From Harriotta raleighana (Eukaryota), in contig JBNZDD010013535.1 in the NCBI GenBank assembly GCA_050575255.1, forward strand, positions 338,221 to 402,220: a DNA stretch of 64,000 nt, written 5' to 3'. The notes below the pieces were generated by a model, which did not search any database, was not told the origin of the DNA, and saw nothing but the letters and a program-made list of their open reading frames with translations. Within the stretch, counting starts at the first letter, position 1, and each line of letters opens with the position of its first letter. Shown here piece after piece: positions 13,275 to 25,985 of the stretch. Position numbers and translations under genes: made by a program.

Positions 13275-14000
13275 CAACAACAACAATACATTTATAGAGC
13301 ACCTTTTACGCCGAGCGGATGTCCCAATTCGCTGAACAGTTAGGTCGGGACCTGAGCAGGGGAGGGTGGTCGGGATAGGGGAAGGAGAGTAGGAGAGGGG
13401 GGGAGAGTTAGGAGGGGAGCAGAAGGCATGGTCAAAGAGGACGATCTTGAGGCCAGCCTTGAAGGAGGAAAGGGAGGAAGCGAGGCGAAAGGATTGGGGG
13501 CTGGAGTTCCAGAGTGTGGGGGCAGAGAGACTGAAAGCCCGGCCACCAATAGTTGGGTGGTTCGGGCAGGGGACATGGAGCAGGCCAGAGCCCGCTGGCA
13601 GGCTGATAGGGAGACAGCAGGTCGAAGAGATAGGCGGGGGCAAGACTGTGAATGGCCTTGAAATTGAGGACGAGGACCTTGACTTCGACCCTCTGGGGGA
13701 TGGGGAGCCAGTGGAGACAGGCAAGGATGGGAGTGATGTGGAGCCTAGTGAGGGAGAGTACACGAGCAGAGTGCTGAATAATCTGCAGCTTGTGAAGGGA
13801 GGAGCTGGGAAGGCCGACGAGGAGAGAGTTCCCGTAGTTGAGTGTAGATTTGATGAATGTGTAGATGAGTGTTTTGGCAGCATGAAGGGTGAGGCAGTGG
13901 CGGAGTCTGGCAATGTTGCGGAGGTAGTGGAAGGCTGTAGCGGTCATGGCGTGGATTTGGGGGAGGAAGGACAGTTCAGGGTCGAACAAGACAAGATTCC
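13275..14000 (-). mobile_element. L2 LINE 3' fragment
   Basis: FDPELSF..HYLRNIARLR..LNYGNSLLVGLP..HITPILACLHWLPIPQRVEVKVL..LAPAYL; (TTG)n tail. Confidence 0.9.
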
Positions 14001-14231
14001 TGACTAGTTTTGAGAGGTGGAGAATGCAGCCTTGAATGCTGATGTTGCCAGCACCTGAGGTGAGGTGCCTTCTGCTTCCCTCCTAACTCTCCCCCCTCTC
14101 CTACTCTCCTTCCCCTACCAATTATGAGGTGACCCCATAATTGAGAAAGGCATGATACTGCCCCCTTGACCGATTCCATTATGTGCTCTGATCCTAAGGG
14201 GTAAAACATTCTGTATTTCTTCTTCGCACAG

Positions 14232-14323
14232 GTACCCTCAAGTTAATGGATGGATCAGAAAAGCTTCTATGGTCTGTTCAAGTGGATCACCAGCTTTTTG
14301 CCTTGGAGAAGCTGGACGTAACG
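14232..14323 (+). CDS. ITFG2: ITFG2 coding exon 9
   Basis: gcacag|(G)[30 protein letters not shown]|gtgagt; 92 bp. Confidence 0.95.
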
Positions 14324-14674
14324 GTGAGTATTCTCTGGCAGTCACTGCTTGCTCTTGTCTCATTTGTCCTGTACTTTTTTCACAATCCCTGAGTCTTTAG
14401 CTAATTACACTGTGTCAGTGTCCTCTTAGTCCAACAGGTGGCCCAGGGAGTAATTTTATCCGTCCCGAGACCATTTCCGACATTCCACCTTCCACTCCCT
14501 CCCATCCAGGCGAACGTACTTCCATGGCAGTGGTTGGATGGACGCAGTGCGGAGAGTGGAAAAAGTACCAGCTGTTATTGCAGCGTATACTGGAGCTGAG
14601 GGGAAGGGAAGCTTCTTATCCATCTCGTCCACAGCAACTGTTGGCATCTGCCGCTGCAGATAGTGAGGCTGTTT

Positions 14675-14998
14675 GGGAGAGAGAGATATTGAGAGACGGA
14701 GCGTGAGGGCAAAGAAGAAGGGGAGGGGGTCAGAGAGGGAGGAGAAAGCAAGGAGTAGAGCGAGAACAGGATTGAGAGAGAGGTAAGAGCGGGAGGGGAG
14801 ATGGGTAGATTGGGATGGGGACAAGAGAGAGAGAAGGGGAGAAGGGGATTGAGAAACTGGGAGAGAAGAGGGATTGGGAGAAGGGAAAAGCAAGGGAGGG
14901 AGAGGGGAACAGAACAGGAGGAGAGGGGGATTGACAGGGAGAGAGTGATTGAGAGAAATGCAGAGGGGCTAGAGTGTGTGAGAGAGAGATTGAGAGAA
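14675..14998. repeat. purine-rich (GA) low-complexity tract in ITFG2 intron 9
   Basis: About 320 nt composed mostly of G and A. Confidence 0.8.
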
Positions 14999-15082
14999 CG
15001 TGTATATGCATATGGACTCCGAGATCAGGGTGTATGTGTGTAGACTCTGGTGCAGGTGTAACGGTGTGTTATCCTGGTAAAG

Positions 15083-15200
15083 GGAGATGGACGGGAGGAA
15101 GTTGTGGCCTGTGCGTGGGATGGACAAACCTACATTATTGATCAGAACAGGTCTGTTGTACGATTTCAGTTCGATGAGAACGTCAGTGCGTTTTGTGCTG
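15083..15200 (+). CDS. ITFG2: ITFG2 coding exon 10
   Basis: ggtaaag|[39 protein letters not shown](G)|gtaagt; 118 bp; weak AAG acceptor. Confidence 0.93.
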
Positions 15201-16491
15201 GTAAGTATCATTGTTACATACAGCAACCAACAAATATAACACAGTCATAAGCCATTTGACCAAATGTATTTTTTTAAAACAACACCCAACAAAATTACTG
15301 TGTATAGCTCCTTTCACAACTCCTATTCTTACATACTTTGTGCATCTTGCTGATGTCAGCCTATACAGTTGGAAGGCTAAGCTGCAAATGAAAAGTTCAT
15401 AAATTCAAGCTCCACATCTAGACTCTTGTTTGCAATCCAGGCTGAAACTGGTACAGGGTCAGTAGGGATATTTACTGGATACAGTACTTGGGTATTTCGC
15501 CCACAAAATACACAGAAAATTCACTTTCCAATATATTCTACGAAGTGCTTTGAGATGCCTCAACAATACAATAAAGTGCTAGATCAAATTCAACGATTAT
15601 TNCGCAATCCAGGCTGAAACTGGTGCCGGGTCAGTAGGGATATTTACTGGATACAGTACTTGGGTATTTCGCCCACAAAATGCACAGAAAATTCACTTTC
15701 CAATATATTCTACGAAGTGCTTTGAGATGCCTCAACAATACAATAAAGTGCTAGATCAAATTCAACGATTATTTTTTATATTATTAGAGCTATTCAGAGG
15801 CATGGCAATAAGCAGGGTGATGGGATTAACAAATATGACAGCAATGAATAAAGTGGTCAGATTGTCCTTTTGTTCCGATATTCACAATCCCTTGTTTCCA
15901 ATCCCTCCATATTCACAATCCATACAGATATTTTTTGATTGTTGATCAATTCTATGTTTGGTTATCCATGTTACCAATGCCCCCTACAGTACTAATATTT
16001 CTGGCCAAGATGAACACAAGTCATCGTTTGTTTTTAAGTGTTTTAGAGTACTGGCTTCCTTCTCGAATTTCCGACCAGATTACGAGGCAAATAAATGTCC
16101 TTATACTCCATGCGCCTTTATTTACCCAGCGTTATGTAGGAACCCATTTGTTAGTCGATTGGTGGATCGCTTTTCTGGGGATAATAATCCTTAAAACAAT
16201 AATAATTTGGTCATTCAATCCACAACTGTTTGTGCGACACAGCTGTGCGCGATTGTCAGTCGTGTTTCGCCCACATATGTACAATCAATCACTTTGCAGC
16301 GTGAAGCATTATATCAAATTATTTTTTATTATTACAGATATTCCCATTCCCTACATATAGTTGCCAAGCAAACTGAGAACTGGGGAATGGGAAGTGTTCA
16401 GCACCAGTTAAAGATCTCAAAAGACTTAAAAAATTCACAGTATAATTACTGAGAATCTTCTGCAGCACTGCCAAGAATATTGTTGAGTTAG

Positions 16492-16800
16492 GTCAAAGGC
16501 TTTCTCTTGATCAAAACTGATTAGGCAGGCCTTCACCCCCACTGTCCTGCACATAGGCAATGGTATCCCTGAGCAGTCCAAGGCTGCCTGTGATATTTTG
16601 GCCCAGAACCATGTCGGTCTGGTCTGGGTGTGTTACCCACCCATGGACAGTCCTTATCCACTCAGCGATCACCTTTGCCAGGATCTTACAGTCTACATTC
16701 AGTAGCGAGATTGGTCACCAATATTTTATCTCCTCCTCCTCCCACTTTTGTCTGTACCGTAGGGAGATGCTGCCTTTCCACATAGACATTGCCATGGTCC
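16492..16800 (-). mobile_element. Tx1/L1-clade LINE reverse-transcriptase fragment
   Basis: Minus-strand translation YW*PISLLNVDCKILAKVIAEWIR..HPDQT..LLRDTIAYVQD..ACLISFDQEKAFD. Confidence 0.8.
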
Positions 16801-17948
16801 ATGATGTAGCTGTTGTGTGCCTCCAGCAGGTCTGGGTGTTGCATTCAACTCCATGCTCTTCTTGTTTGCTCTTTGCTGTGGACTCCTCCAGATTTTTATC
16901 TCCTGTTGGTGCCTATAAATATTCAGCTCCCTTTAAATTAACTTATGTGCACTGAGTTTTGGAGACACTATACCAGGATGAAGCATCTGTTTGTCTGCCC
17001 CTGGACAAGCCTAATTTGCAGTTTCCAACAGCAAATGTAGCATTGTTGTTTTTAGAAAGCATTAGCGCGATCAAACTAAATTAAATTGACACTAGAAGGA
17101 TGATGTGTTCAGCCTCCGGTTTCTCCTGTTTGACAAGACAATCTCTCCACTTGGGGGATATGAGCACATTGGCAGCTTTCTGCTCAGTTGGGTAAGGCTT
17201 TGAAGGCAAACAGTGCTGCAGTATTTTGTGAAACAGCCAGACACAGATCTTGCAAAACCTAATGAGGCCCTGTGTGATCTCTGCTGGAGTGCAGGAAGGA
17301 AAGCTACAAGCGGGTCCCTTCACATTCAATAAACTGGGTTTTTCTGAGTAGCAAAGCTATTTGCATGACTGTTAATTGCAAAATGCATTTTCTTGAAACT
17401 ATGTGGAAAAAAAACAAGGAAATGAGGCATGAAATCCTCACAGAGTGTGATTGCCGCTAACCTGCTTGTCGTTCCTGAAGCCTGGAGTGCCACACAAATT
17501 GGTGAGGTGGAGTTTTTACGCGAGCGCTGGTCTTCCAAACACTGCCTGCAATGTTGATGCAGACATCTCGGTGTGGTTTTACATTTCAATGATGTTGAGG
17601 TGTTTGCACAAATGTGAAGCACTATTTTTTTTGCTCTGTCTCCAAACACCAAGACTGGAGGCAAAGAGCTGTGCCTGACAATTGGGTGACTTTTTTGCAG
17701 TTCGCTGCTGTTATTTGGCAAGCGCTGGCACAAAAAAATTCTTGACGTCATTTTCTTAGTGGTGCAAGATGGATTCCCCCTAACTCTGCCTCAGTGCACA
17801 AGAAGATGGTGTGTGTGTGTGTGTGTGTGTGTGTGNTGCAGTTCGCTGCTGTTATTTGGCAAGCGCTGGCACAAAAAAATTATTGACGTCATTTTCTTAG
17901 TAGTGCAATATGGATTCCCCCTAACTCTGCCTCAGTGCACAAGAAGAC

Positions 17949-17982
<34 letters not shown>

Positions 17983-18064
17983 TGGCTGTGTCTGGTTCCC
18001 CCCTTTCTCAATGCCCATTTCTTTTTTGACCATGTCCAGGCATGTTTGCATGCAAAGANTCCAG

Positions 18065-18238
18065 GCATGTTTGCGTGCAAAGAGGGTCGAAACAACCCCT
18101 GTTTGGTGTATGTCAGCTTCAACCACAAAATCTATGTTTACTGGAGAGTGCAGCTGGAGCAAATGGAGTCCACCAGCCTTTTGAAGGTGCTGGAGGAGTC
18201 TGCGGAGTTTGACAGCCTACTACGGGGCACATCAGTGG
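18065..18238 (+). CDS. ITFG2: ITFG2 coding exon 11
   Basis: tccag|(G)[57 protein letters not shown](D)|gtgagt; 174 bp; its first 19 nt also occur at 18040-18058 before an 'n' junction. Confidence 0.93.
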
Positions 18239-18689
18239 GTGAGTCTGTCAGTGCCTTTGGGGCAAAGGAGCACATTGCTTTGTGATCCATTCAAACCATT
18301 GACACATAGAATAGGAGGAGGACATTCAAACCATTATTTTACTGTCATTATTTGCTCCTACAAGGAGCTCTCTGTCCTTTCCCCACCCTCCCGGATCTTT
18401 ACCCTAGCTCAGGTCTGAAATACTGTCAGCTGTAGTCCGGCGAGCTGGAATTGAGGCTGTGTAATTGCAGTGCTGGTCTTGGCCAGTGGGAGTCTAGATA
18501 CGTGTAATTGTTTTTAAAAAATCCTGTTTGGTGATGAGTCTGGCTGGTCTGAATACTGGGTACCTTAACACAGGGGAGGATTACTGTGCCATGAGATCGT
18601 TAATGTGCTCCTGGACAAGCAGACAGGACCTCAGTTTTAACACCTTCACCTGAAGGATGGTACCTCCAACCATGCAGTGCTCCCCAGGA

Positions 18690-19740
18690 GGAGGAGGGTG
18701 GTCAAAGGCTCGGTCAGAAAGGAGGGTTTTGAGATTCGCCTTGAAGAAGGCAAGGGAGTGAGTGAGACGAAGGGAACGTGGATGAGTTCCATAGGGTGGG
18801 GGTAGAAAGACAGAAGGCTCGGCCACCAACGGTGGAATGGCTGGCTGGGAGACGTGGAATAAACCAGAGCCTGCTGAGCGGAGGGAGCAGGCAGGTTGAT
18901 AATGGATCAGCAGGTTGCAGAGGTAGGAAGGAGCAAGGCCGTGGAGGGCCTTGAAGTTGAGGGCGAAGATTTTGAACTCTATCCTCCAGGAGATGGGGAG
19001 CCCATGGAGCCAGGTGAGGGTGGGATTAATGGAAGAGGACATGAGCTGCAAAATTCTGGATGATCTGCAGCTGTGGAGGGAAGATGTAGGAAGGCCGACA
19101 AGCAGGGAGTTGGTATAGTCGAGACTAGATGTGATGAATGCACGGATGAAGGTTTTGGTGGCCTGAGGGGTGAAGTAGTGGCAGAGTCAGGCAATGTTGC
19201 AGATTTGGGGGACGGCAGAGTGGGTCTTGGCGTGGATTTGGGGTAGAAAGGAGAATTTAGGATCAAACAAGATGCGAAAGTTCCAGACTGGCTCAGTGAG
19301 GTGGATAGTGATGCTATCAGTGCCTGAGGTGGAGAGGCGCTGACGGGAGCCAATCTGGAGGGCATCCATCCTCTTGGATGTTCAACTGCAGAAAGTTAGC
19401 TCTTATCTAGGACTTGAGGTCTGACAGATATTCTGTCAGGACAGCAGAGGTCCAGGAGTCGAGGGTGGAGGGAGCATGCAGATATTGAAGAGGAGATGAC
19501 AAGGACAGAGCCCTGAGGAATGCCACAAATACAGTGCAGGGGCTAGAGGAGAAGCAGTTTGTGGGGGTGAAGTGCAGGCGGTATGAGTGTAGGATCTAAA
19601 CCACTGAAGGACAGAAGTATGAAGGTTGAATTGAATGGAGAGGCGGTGGAGGAGAATGTGGTTAGTGGTATCAGAGGCGACAGAGAGGTCAAGGAGACTG
19701 AGGAGAAAGAGGTTGCAGAGGGAACCCTGGTTGGAGAAGG
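18690..19740 (-). mobile_element. L2 LINE fragment
   Basis: LLSLLDLSVASDTTNHILLHRL, LHGLPISWRIEFKIFALNFKALHGLAPSYL. Confidence 0.88.
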
Positions 19741-20650
19741 ATATTGCATAATTTTCTGGCACCTCCATAACTTTCCAAACTCCTCACTCCCCAATCCACC
19801 ATCCAGAGCCTCCATTCAACTGGCAATAGCCTCTTGTTTGTCTGTCTCACTCTCCACCATTGGAGATTGTACTTTCAGCCACTAAGTCCCGAAACTGTGC
19901 AACCCTCTGCCTTACACCCCATCTCTCCCTTTTTTTAAGGACTGCATTAAAATCTTCCTTTTCGACCTTGCTTACAGTCACTTCACCCACCCCCCCCACC
20001 CCCCACTAGTTCAGAGTCAGGCTTCACCATTTTAAATACTCTGAGTCACTGCCCTGAGTGGAGGGTGATATATAACTTGTTGACAAAATGTAGCTGATAT
20101 ACTGATCCTAGCTGGTAGCGGTTAGTGAGAAGCAGTCAAGAACATTTTATATATGGGCTTCTGAACTAAGTCTCCCATGGATGTAAAAATAAAATCTCAT
20201 TTATGGAATTCATACAAATTTTACAGCACAGCTGGGATCACTTGGTCTGTTTTGCTTGTGCTGGTTTTTGTGTGTGTGAAGTTTGGAGTAATGTGTTCTC
20301 GCCATGTGTACATTGGCACAGCCTCCACTTGCATTACTGGAGGAAGGGTAGCTAGTCACTGTGTGGAGCATGGGAAGAGAATGGGATGTGCTGNTAATAA
20401 TAATAATAATACTGGAGGAAGGGTAGCTAGTCACTGTGTGGAGCATGGGAAGAGAATGGGATGTGCTGGGGGTCACTTCAATGGTTCATCAATGGTTGTG
20501 CATCGCAATCCAACTTCTGTGTACCTCGAGTGAGGGGACCAGGATGTCGGAAGCTCGTAGGAGCAGTTTGGATGGAGGAAGCCTTTACATCAACCTTATA
20601 GAATGCTCAACCCTATCTCATTCCCTTTGCAGGATCAAGTCATGTTAGTA

Positions 20651-21016
20651 CAGTAAAACCCTGTCTATCCAGCACCCCCGGGGGGGGGGGGGGGTCGACT
20701 AATTGACGGTGCCGGATAAACGGGCGGCAAGTCGCCGAAAACCCAACATTAAAAAAAACTTATTTTAAAACGTACCATGTTAATAATAGACTAAATAGTA
20801 ACAGAATATTGTATGGATGCTTACCAATAAAGCATTCCAGCACACTGGGTAAAAAGATCGGTAAAAACCCAAGTTCGTAAATTTAATAAGTGCGTATGCG
20901 CACGCATTGCACTCATGCGTAAAGTGAGCAAACTCACGATTGCTGGAATAGGAATTGCCCCGGGAGGGGATCGAGCAATCCGGTTGATCAAGTCATGGAT
21001 AAATGAGGTTTTACTG
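20651..21016. mobile_element. MITE of the same pogo/Tigger-like family, opposite orientation
   Basis: TA|CAGTAAAACCCTGTCTATCC ... GGATAAATGAGGTTTTACTG|TA; internal segment is the reverse complement of about 3240-3270. Confidence 0.8.
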
Positions 21017-21789
21017 TATTATTCTTCTTCTTATTTCTTAAATTTAAGTCAGGGGATCTGGCCTTATCGACTATTCATGGTAACCTGTTCCAGATGTTAA
21101 TTTTGCTCTCCGTAAGAGGATGCTTGTTACTGTCTATTCTAACCTTGCTCAGCACAAGGCCCTTTGGCCCATTTGATCTCATCCTTTGAGAAAACCCAAC
21201 AAACTCATTATTATCTTGAGCTGTTTTGTTAATGAGTCCACCCATCCTGCTGAAGCTGTTCCAGCTGTTAAATTTTCTCTGTGTTAATTTGAAGTGTTAA
21301 AGCTATGGCATATATGGTGACTCATTTACATGCTGCATGCATTTTTCCACTGCTGTCAAATGAGGATTGTTTTTGTTTTGGATAGTGAAGGGTATGTCCA
21401 ATTAATAAGCATTAATGCTGGCTTGAGGATTGTTTCAGTCAAATTTACAAACATGGAAACTTTCCAAGATCCGAGATGCCACAGGTTGCATCCAGAGGCC
21501 TGTCAGAGGGTTGCAGGAAGAATACGTTGACCTTTCCAGGCATGCCTCTGGATCTTGCAGATATTTAGCTGTGCTATAGTGAGCGTGGGAACAAGCCTGG
21601 GAGTTCAGATTGTTTGTGCTGCCTGGCATTCCGCTGGTGAGAGCGAGTGCTCAGCTGCCCCACAGTCTCCTGACTCTGAGAACAAATCTCGAGGCTTTTA
21701 AATTGCTGGAAAAATTGATTTCATAGGAAAGGAGGACCCTCGACTCATTTAATTTTGTCCATCCACAATGCCAGGTCCAAAATACAGAA

Positions 21790-23545
21790 GATAATCAAAC
21801 AGAAATGGAAAGAGGAGAACTAGAAGAGGAAATAAGAGGGGCAACAAGATTAGTAGGTAAAATATCTTGTAAGCAGATAAAGAATAAAAGGTTAGTCAAA
21901 GTTAGTGGCCAATTAGAGATCAAAGAGGAAATCTTATAGCGGCAGAGGACATGGCTGACATACTGAATAAGTACTTTGCATCTGTCTTCACAAAAGGAAA
22001 AGATGCAGGCAATGCCACAGCATTCGAAGAGAGGGTAGAGAAATTGGATAGGATAGAAATAAACAGAGACTAAAAAGGTTGATAGTGTTCAACATCAACG
22101 TTCTTCTTGGATACCGGAGGGATGCCAGAGGAGTGGACGGTTGCAAATATTACTCCCCTGTACAAAAAGGGGGTGAAGGATAAACTCGGGAACTGCAGGC
22201 CAGTCAGCCTAACATCAATAGAGAGGAAACTTCTAGAGATGACAATTTGGGACAAAATACATTTTCACTTACAAAAATATGGACTAATAAAGGACAGCCA
22301 ACATGGATTTGTTAAAGGCAAATCATATCTAACAAACCTGATCAGAGTTTTTTGATGATGCCACGGAGAGTGTGGATGGAGGTAGTGCAGTTGATGTAGT
22401 TTATCTGGATTTTCAAAAGGAGTTTGATAAAGTACCACATAAGAGACTTGTAAGTATAATAGAAGCCCACGGAATTAAAGGGACAGTGGCAGCATGGATA
22501 CAGAGCTGGCTGGGTGACAGAAAGCAGAGAATGGTGGTGAACGGATGTTTTTCTGATTGGAGGGAAGTGTGCTGTAGTATCCTCCAGGGCCAGTACTGGG
22601 ACCACTGCTATTTTTGGTCTATATAACTCAACCTGGACTTGGGTATAAGGAGTACAATTTTTACGTTTGCAGATGATACAAAGCTAGGAAAATGGTAAAC
22701 AGTGAGAAGTATAGTTAGCAGACTCCCAAGAGGGCATAGGTAATATGGGCAGACACGGCAGATGAAGTGTAATGTGGATAAATGAGTAGTGATGCATTTT
22801 GGGGGGAATAAATGAGGAGAGGCAATATAAGCTGATGGTAGAATCTTAAAGGGGGTGAACAGAGAGACCCCGGGGGTTCATATAAGTAAATCTTTGAAGA
22901 TGGCAGGACAGGTAGATAAAGCTGTTTTAAAAAAAAAAGCATACGGGATACTAGGTTTCATAGATAGTGCATAGAACACAAAAGTCAGAAAGTTATGATG
23001 AATCTTTCTGAAACACTGGTTAGGCCTTAGCTGGAGTCCTGTGGTCAGTTCTGGGCACCACACATCAGGAAGGATGCAAAAGCATTGGAGAGGATGCAAA
23101 GGAGCTTTATCAGGATGATACCAGGAATGAGGGACTTTAGTTATGAGGAGAGGTTAGAGAAGCTAGGATTATTCTTGGAGCAGAGAAGGTTAAGAGGAGA
23201 TTTAATAGAACTTTTCAATTTATGGGGGGATTCGATAGGGTGAACAAGGAGGAACCATTTCCATTGGCGAGTGAGTCAGTAACCCAAGGACACATATTTA
23301 AAATAGTTGTTGAGGGAGGTGAGGATAAATATTTTCATGCAGCGATTTGTTTGGATCTAGAATGTATTGCCTGAAAGGATTGTGGAAGCTGATGAGATAA
23401 CAGTTTTCAAAAGGGAAATGGATAGATATTTGGGAAGGTCACATTTGCAAGGCTATGGGGAGAGAGCAGAGCAATGGGATTCAGTTGGACCTCTTTCAAA
23501 GAGCCAGCATGGACATGATGGGACAAATGGCCTCCTTTCTTGAAT
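21790..23545 (+). mobile_element. CR1 LINE, 5'-truncated and internally deleted
   Basis: PEEWTVANITPLYKKG..NCRPVSLTS..SQHGFVKGKSYLTNL; VDVVYLDFQKEFDKVPH; FADDTKL; CR1-type 3' end atgggacaaatggcctcct. Confidence 0.9.
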
Positions 23546-24629
23546 AAGTTACCGATTCCAGCTGTTGAATACCTTCTGAGTAAAGCAATAATAGTCAGCT
23601 GGGTTCAGTATCTCAGCTGGCAAGTGATCAGCAAAAGATGAAAAAATGGCTGACTTCTGGGTAGCAGGTTACTGGAAGCAGCCTTTCTTTCCCATGTGCA
23701 AGCAGTGCTGCTGCTGTTGCATCTTTTACATCCAAATTATATTCGGGCCGCTTTCTGTCCCATCATGGGTAGAAAACAATACCAGCGATTCTTTCTGCAC
23801 ATCACACAAATGCCAGCGATACACAGGAGATGTTGTCAATAACCTAGAATCCAAGTATTTATTAGTGCGGGGAACTGTAAATTAGTACTGGCCGGGCCAC
23901 GCTTCTGTTCATCGTGGATCCACACTGCACCAGGGAGGCAAAATAACTGATGCTCTGTACAACCTGCTCTCAGTCTCAAGCACCAGACATTTTAAATGAG
24001 AGGAAATTGATTTTCTCCCAGAAAATGGATCAATCCTGATATAACACAAGATTGTTTTTGCGAATTATCTGTTTTTAAAACAAGCCTGGGAGTTTAGCTT
24101 GTACATGTGTGACACAAGTGTTCAGGCAGCTTCAATCCATGAGTTTGCACAAATGTGGCTCTCCTGTCCACACTACTTTAAAGGAGTCAGTTAAAAAATG
24201 ACAGCTTAATTGCTTTGTACTGAGACCACATGTTCATTGCAATTGTGGTTAGGGACAATTCACTGTCACAGCAACAACAACAAAGTTACATTTGTATAGC
24301 GCCTTTTATATTGGCCTTTTATAAATGCTGGACAATCAGTGTTTTTGCAGCAAGCCTGCATCGTGAGTAATCAAAGCTATCTCAGCTTTTATTGCCTTCC
24401 AAATTCTTCCTCTTTTCGTTGTCCGGTCACGCTGACATATCTACCAGATAGGCCAAGAAGATTGACTCTCACCCTGGTTGCCAGGAAAAATGATTGAAGA
24501 GGAAAAATGATTGCTCTGCTTTGCTCCTTTATATGTACAAATGTGTGGTTCTGTTTGTGTTTATGTCTACGTCTTAAGCTCTCTCTCTCTCTGCATGTCT
24601 CTTGGTGTCTGGTTTACTTTATATGTGGT

Positions 24630-25265
24630 TTAGAAGATAAGGACAATCCCAAACTCCTGTTTTCTACCATAAATCAACTCCTCTATCCAACCTTCCATCC
24701 CAGCCATCCTCTCCTCCAACACCAATTGCAAGGGATGATGGTATTTGCTCAAGTCCAAAGTTGAGGGGATCCACTCTGTCGTCTCCAGCCCCTCTACCAG
24801 CTCTCCGTGCCTACCTCCCATTCCCCTTCCAGCTCCCATCCCTCCCTCTGCACACTTTGACTCTGTCCTCTCCAATCTATACATGCTCCCTCTCAGGAAT
24901 ATCATCTGCAGGCATGGGGTCATATTCCAGATGTAATGCAAATGACACCCAACTCTACCTTGCCGCCTCCACCCTTGACTCTAGGACTGTTGATGTCTTG
25001 GCTAATTATCTGTCTGACATCAAGTGCTGGACGAGAGCAAACTTCCTTCAGCTCAATGTTTGCAAGGCAGAGGTCCTCCTGCTTGGCTCCTCACCTCATC
25101 CACTGATACTATCACCACTCACGGCTGCACTCTTCACCTCCCAAACCAATTTGATCCCGCTGTGTTTTTCGACCATCATTTATCCTTCAAACCCCATATT
25201 CATGCCGTGACCCTTTCTGTATTTCCCCACCTTTCCGCAACATTGCCCACCTCCGCCACTGCCTC
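24630..25265 (+). mobile_element. L2 LINE RT fragment
   Basis: NANDTQLYL..LSDIKCWTRANFLQLNVCKAEVLL. Confidence 0.8.
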
Positions 25266-25405
25266 TCAGCGCAAACAAATTATTGACTAGTGTCTGATTA
25301 AGCATTGGCATGTCCTGCTGACTTGAAAGACCCTACACACACGTTATTTGTTCTTGTTTCCTGTACCTATTTTAACTGCTGGTCGTTTGTTCATGTGCGT
25401 TTCAG

Positions 25406-25527
25406 ACACTAATGACGCAGGTGCGGTCCGAAGCACTCTTCACCAGATTTTGTACTTCCCTGAGCAATCTGTGGAGGGCACTGGTAGAGGAACAGTTTCG
25501 AAGGCACCCCACACTGAAGCTGCCTGA
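25406..25527 (+). CDS. ITFG2: ITFG2 terminal coding exon 12
   Basis: tttcag|(D)TNDAGAVRSTLHQILYFPEQSVEGTGRGTVSKAPHTEAA-TGA; LHQILY resembles human LHQTLY; exons 2-12 total 1260 nt in one frame. Confidence 0.88.
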
Positions 25528-25979
25528 TGGACTTGAAGCCATGTGAAAGCAAGATTGAGAAGGTCAGCAAACATGGCAAAATCTCCTCAGGTATCTTGAG
25601 GAGGACAGAGCCATGAGGACAAGAGAGGCCCCCTGTTTTGAGACAGCTTTTGGGCGACAGACAGAAGATTAGAAACTTTTCTCAGCATGAGAAATGAGTG
25701 CTTTGACGGGGTGCAATGTGTGTGCAGTTATTGTCCGATGTAGATCACAGAGAACTTCTAAATCCAGGTTTTATTAACTAATATATTGTCTGTCATTTAN
25801 CAGTTATGCTAAGCCATAGAAGCTTTGCTTATGACCTGTGCCTGTAGCCTGCGTTATTCAACTGCACCCCTGGCCTACATTAGTTGCCAGTGGCCTTTGT
25901 CAGTGGCATGCACCAGCGAGTCAGTTATTGATCTGCACAATTTTCTGCATCAGTGATCTGTTTAAACTGCTGTGGAACA

Positions 25980-25985
25980 AATAAA
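25980..25985 (+). terminator. candidate proximal polyadenylation signal of ITFG2
   Basis: AATAAA about 450 nt after the stop codon. Confidence 0.4.

Noticed and set aside
13263-14007. Several 185-216 aa ORFs
   Set aside because: They are an L2 LINE fragment and its alternative or antisense frames, not host genes.
14456-15043. Ser/Pro/Leu- or Arg/Glu/Gly-rich ORFs
   Set aside because: They come from a low-complexity GA tract in an intron.
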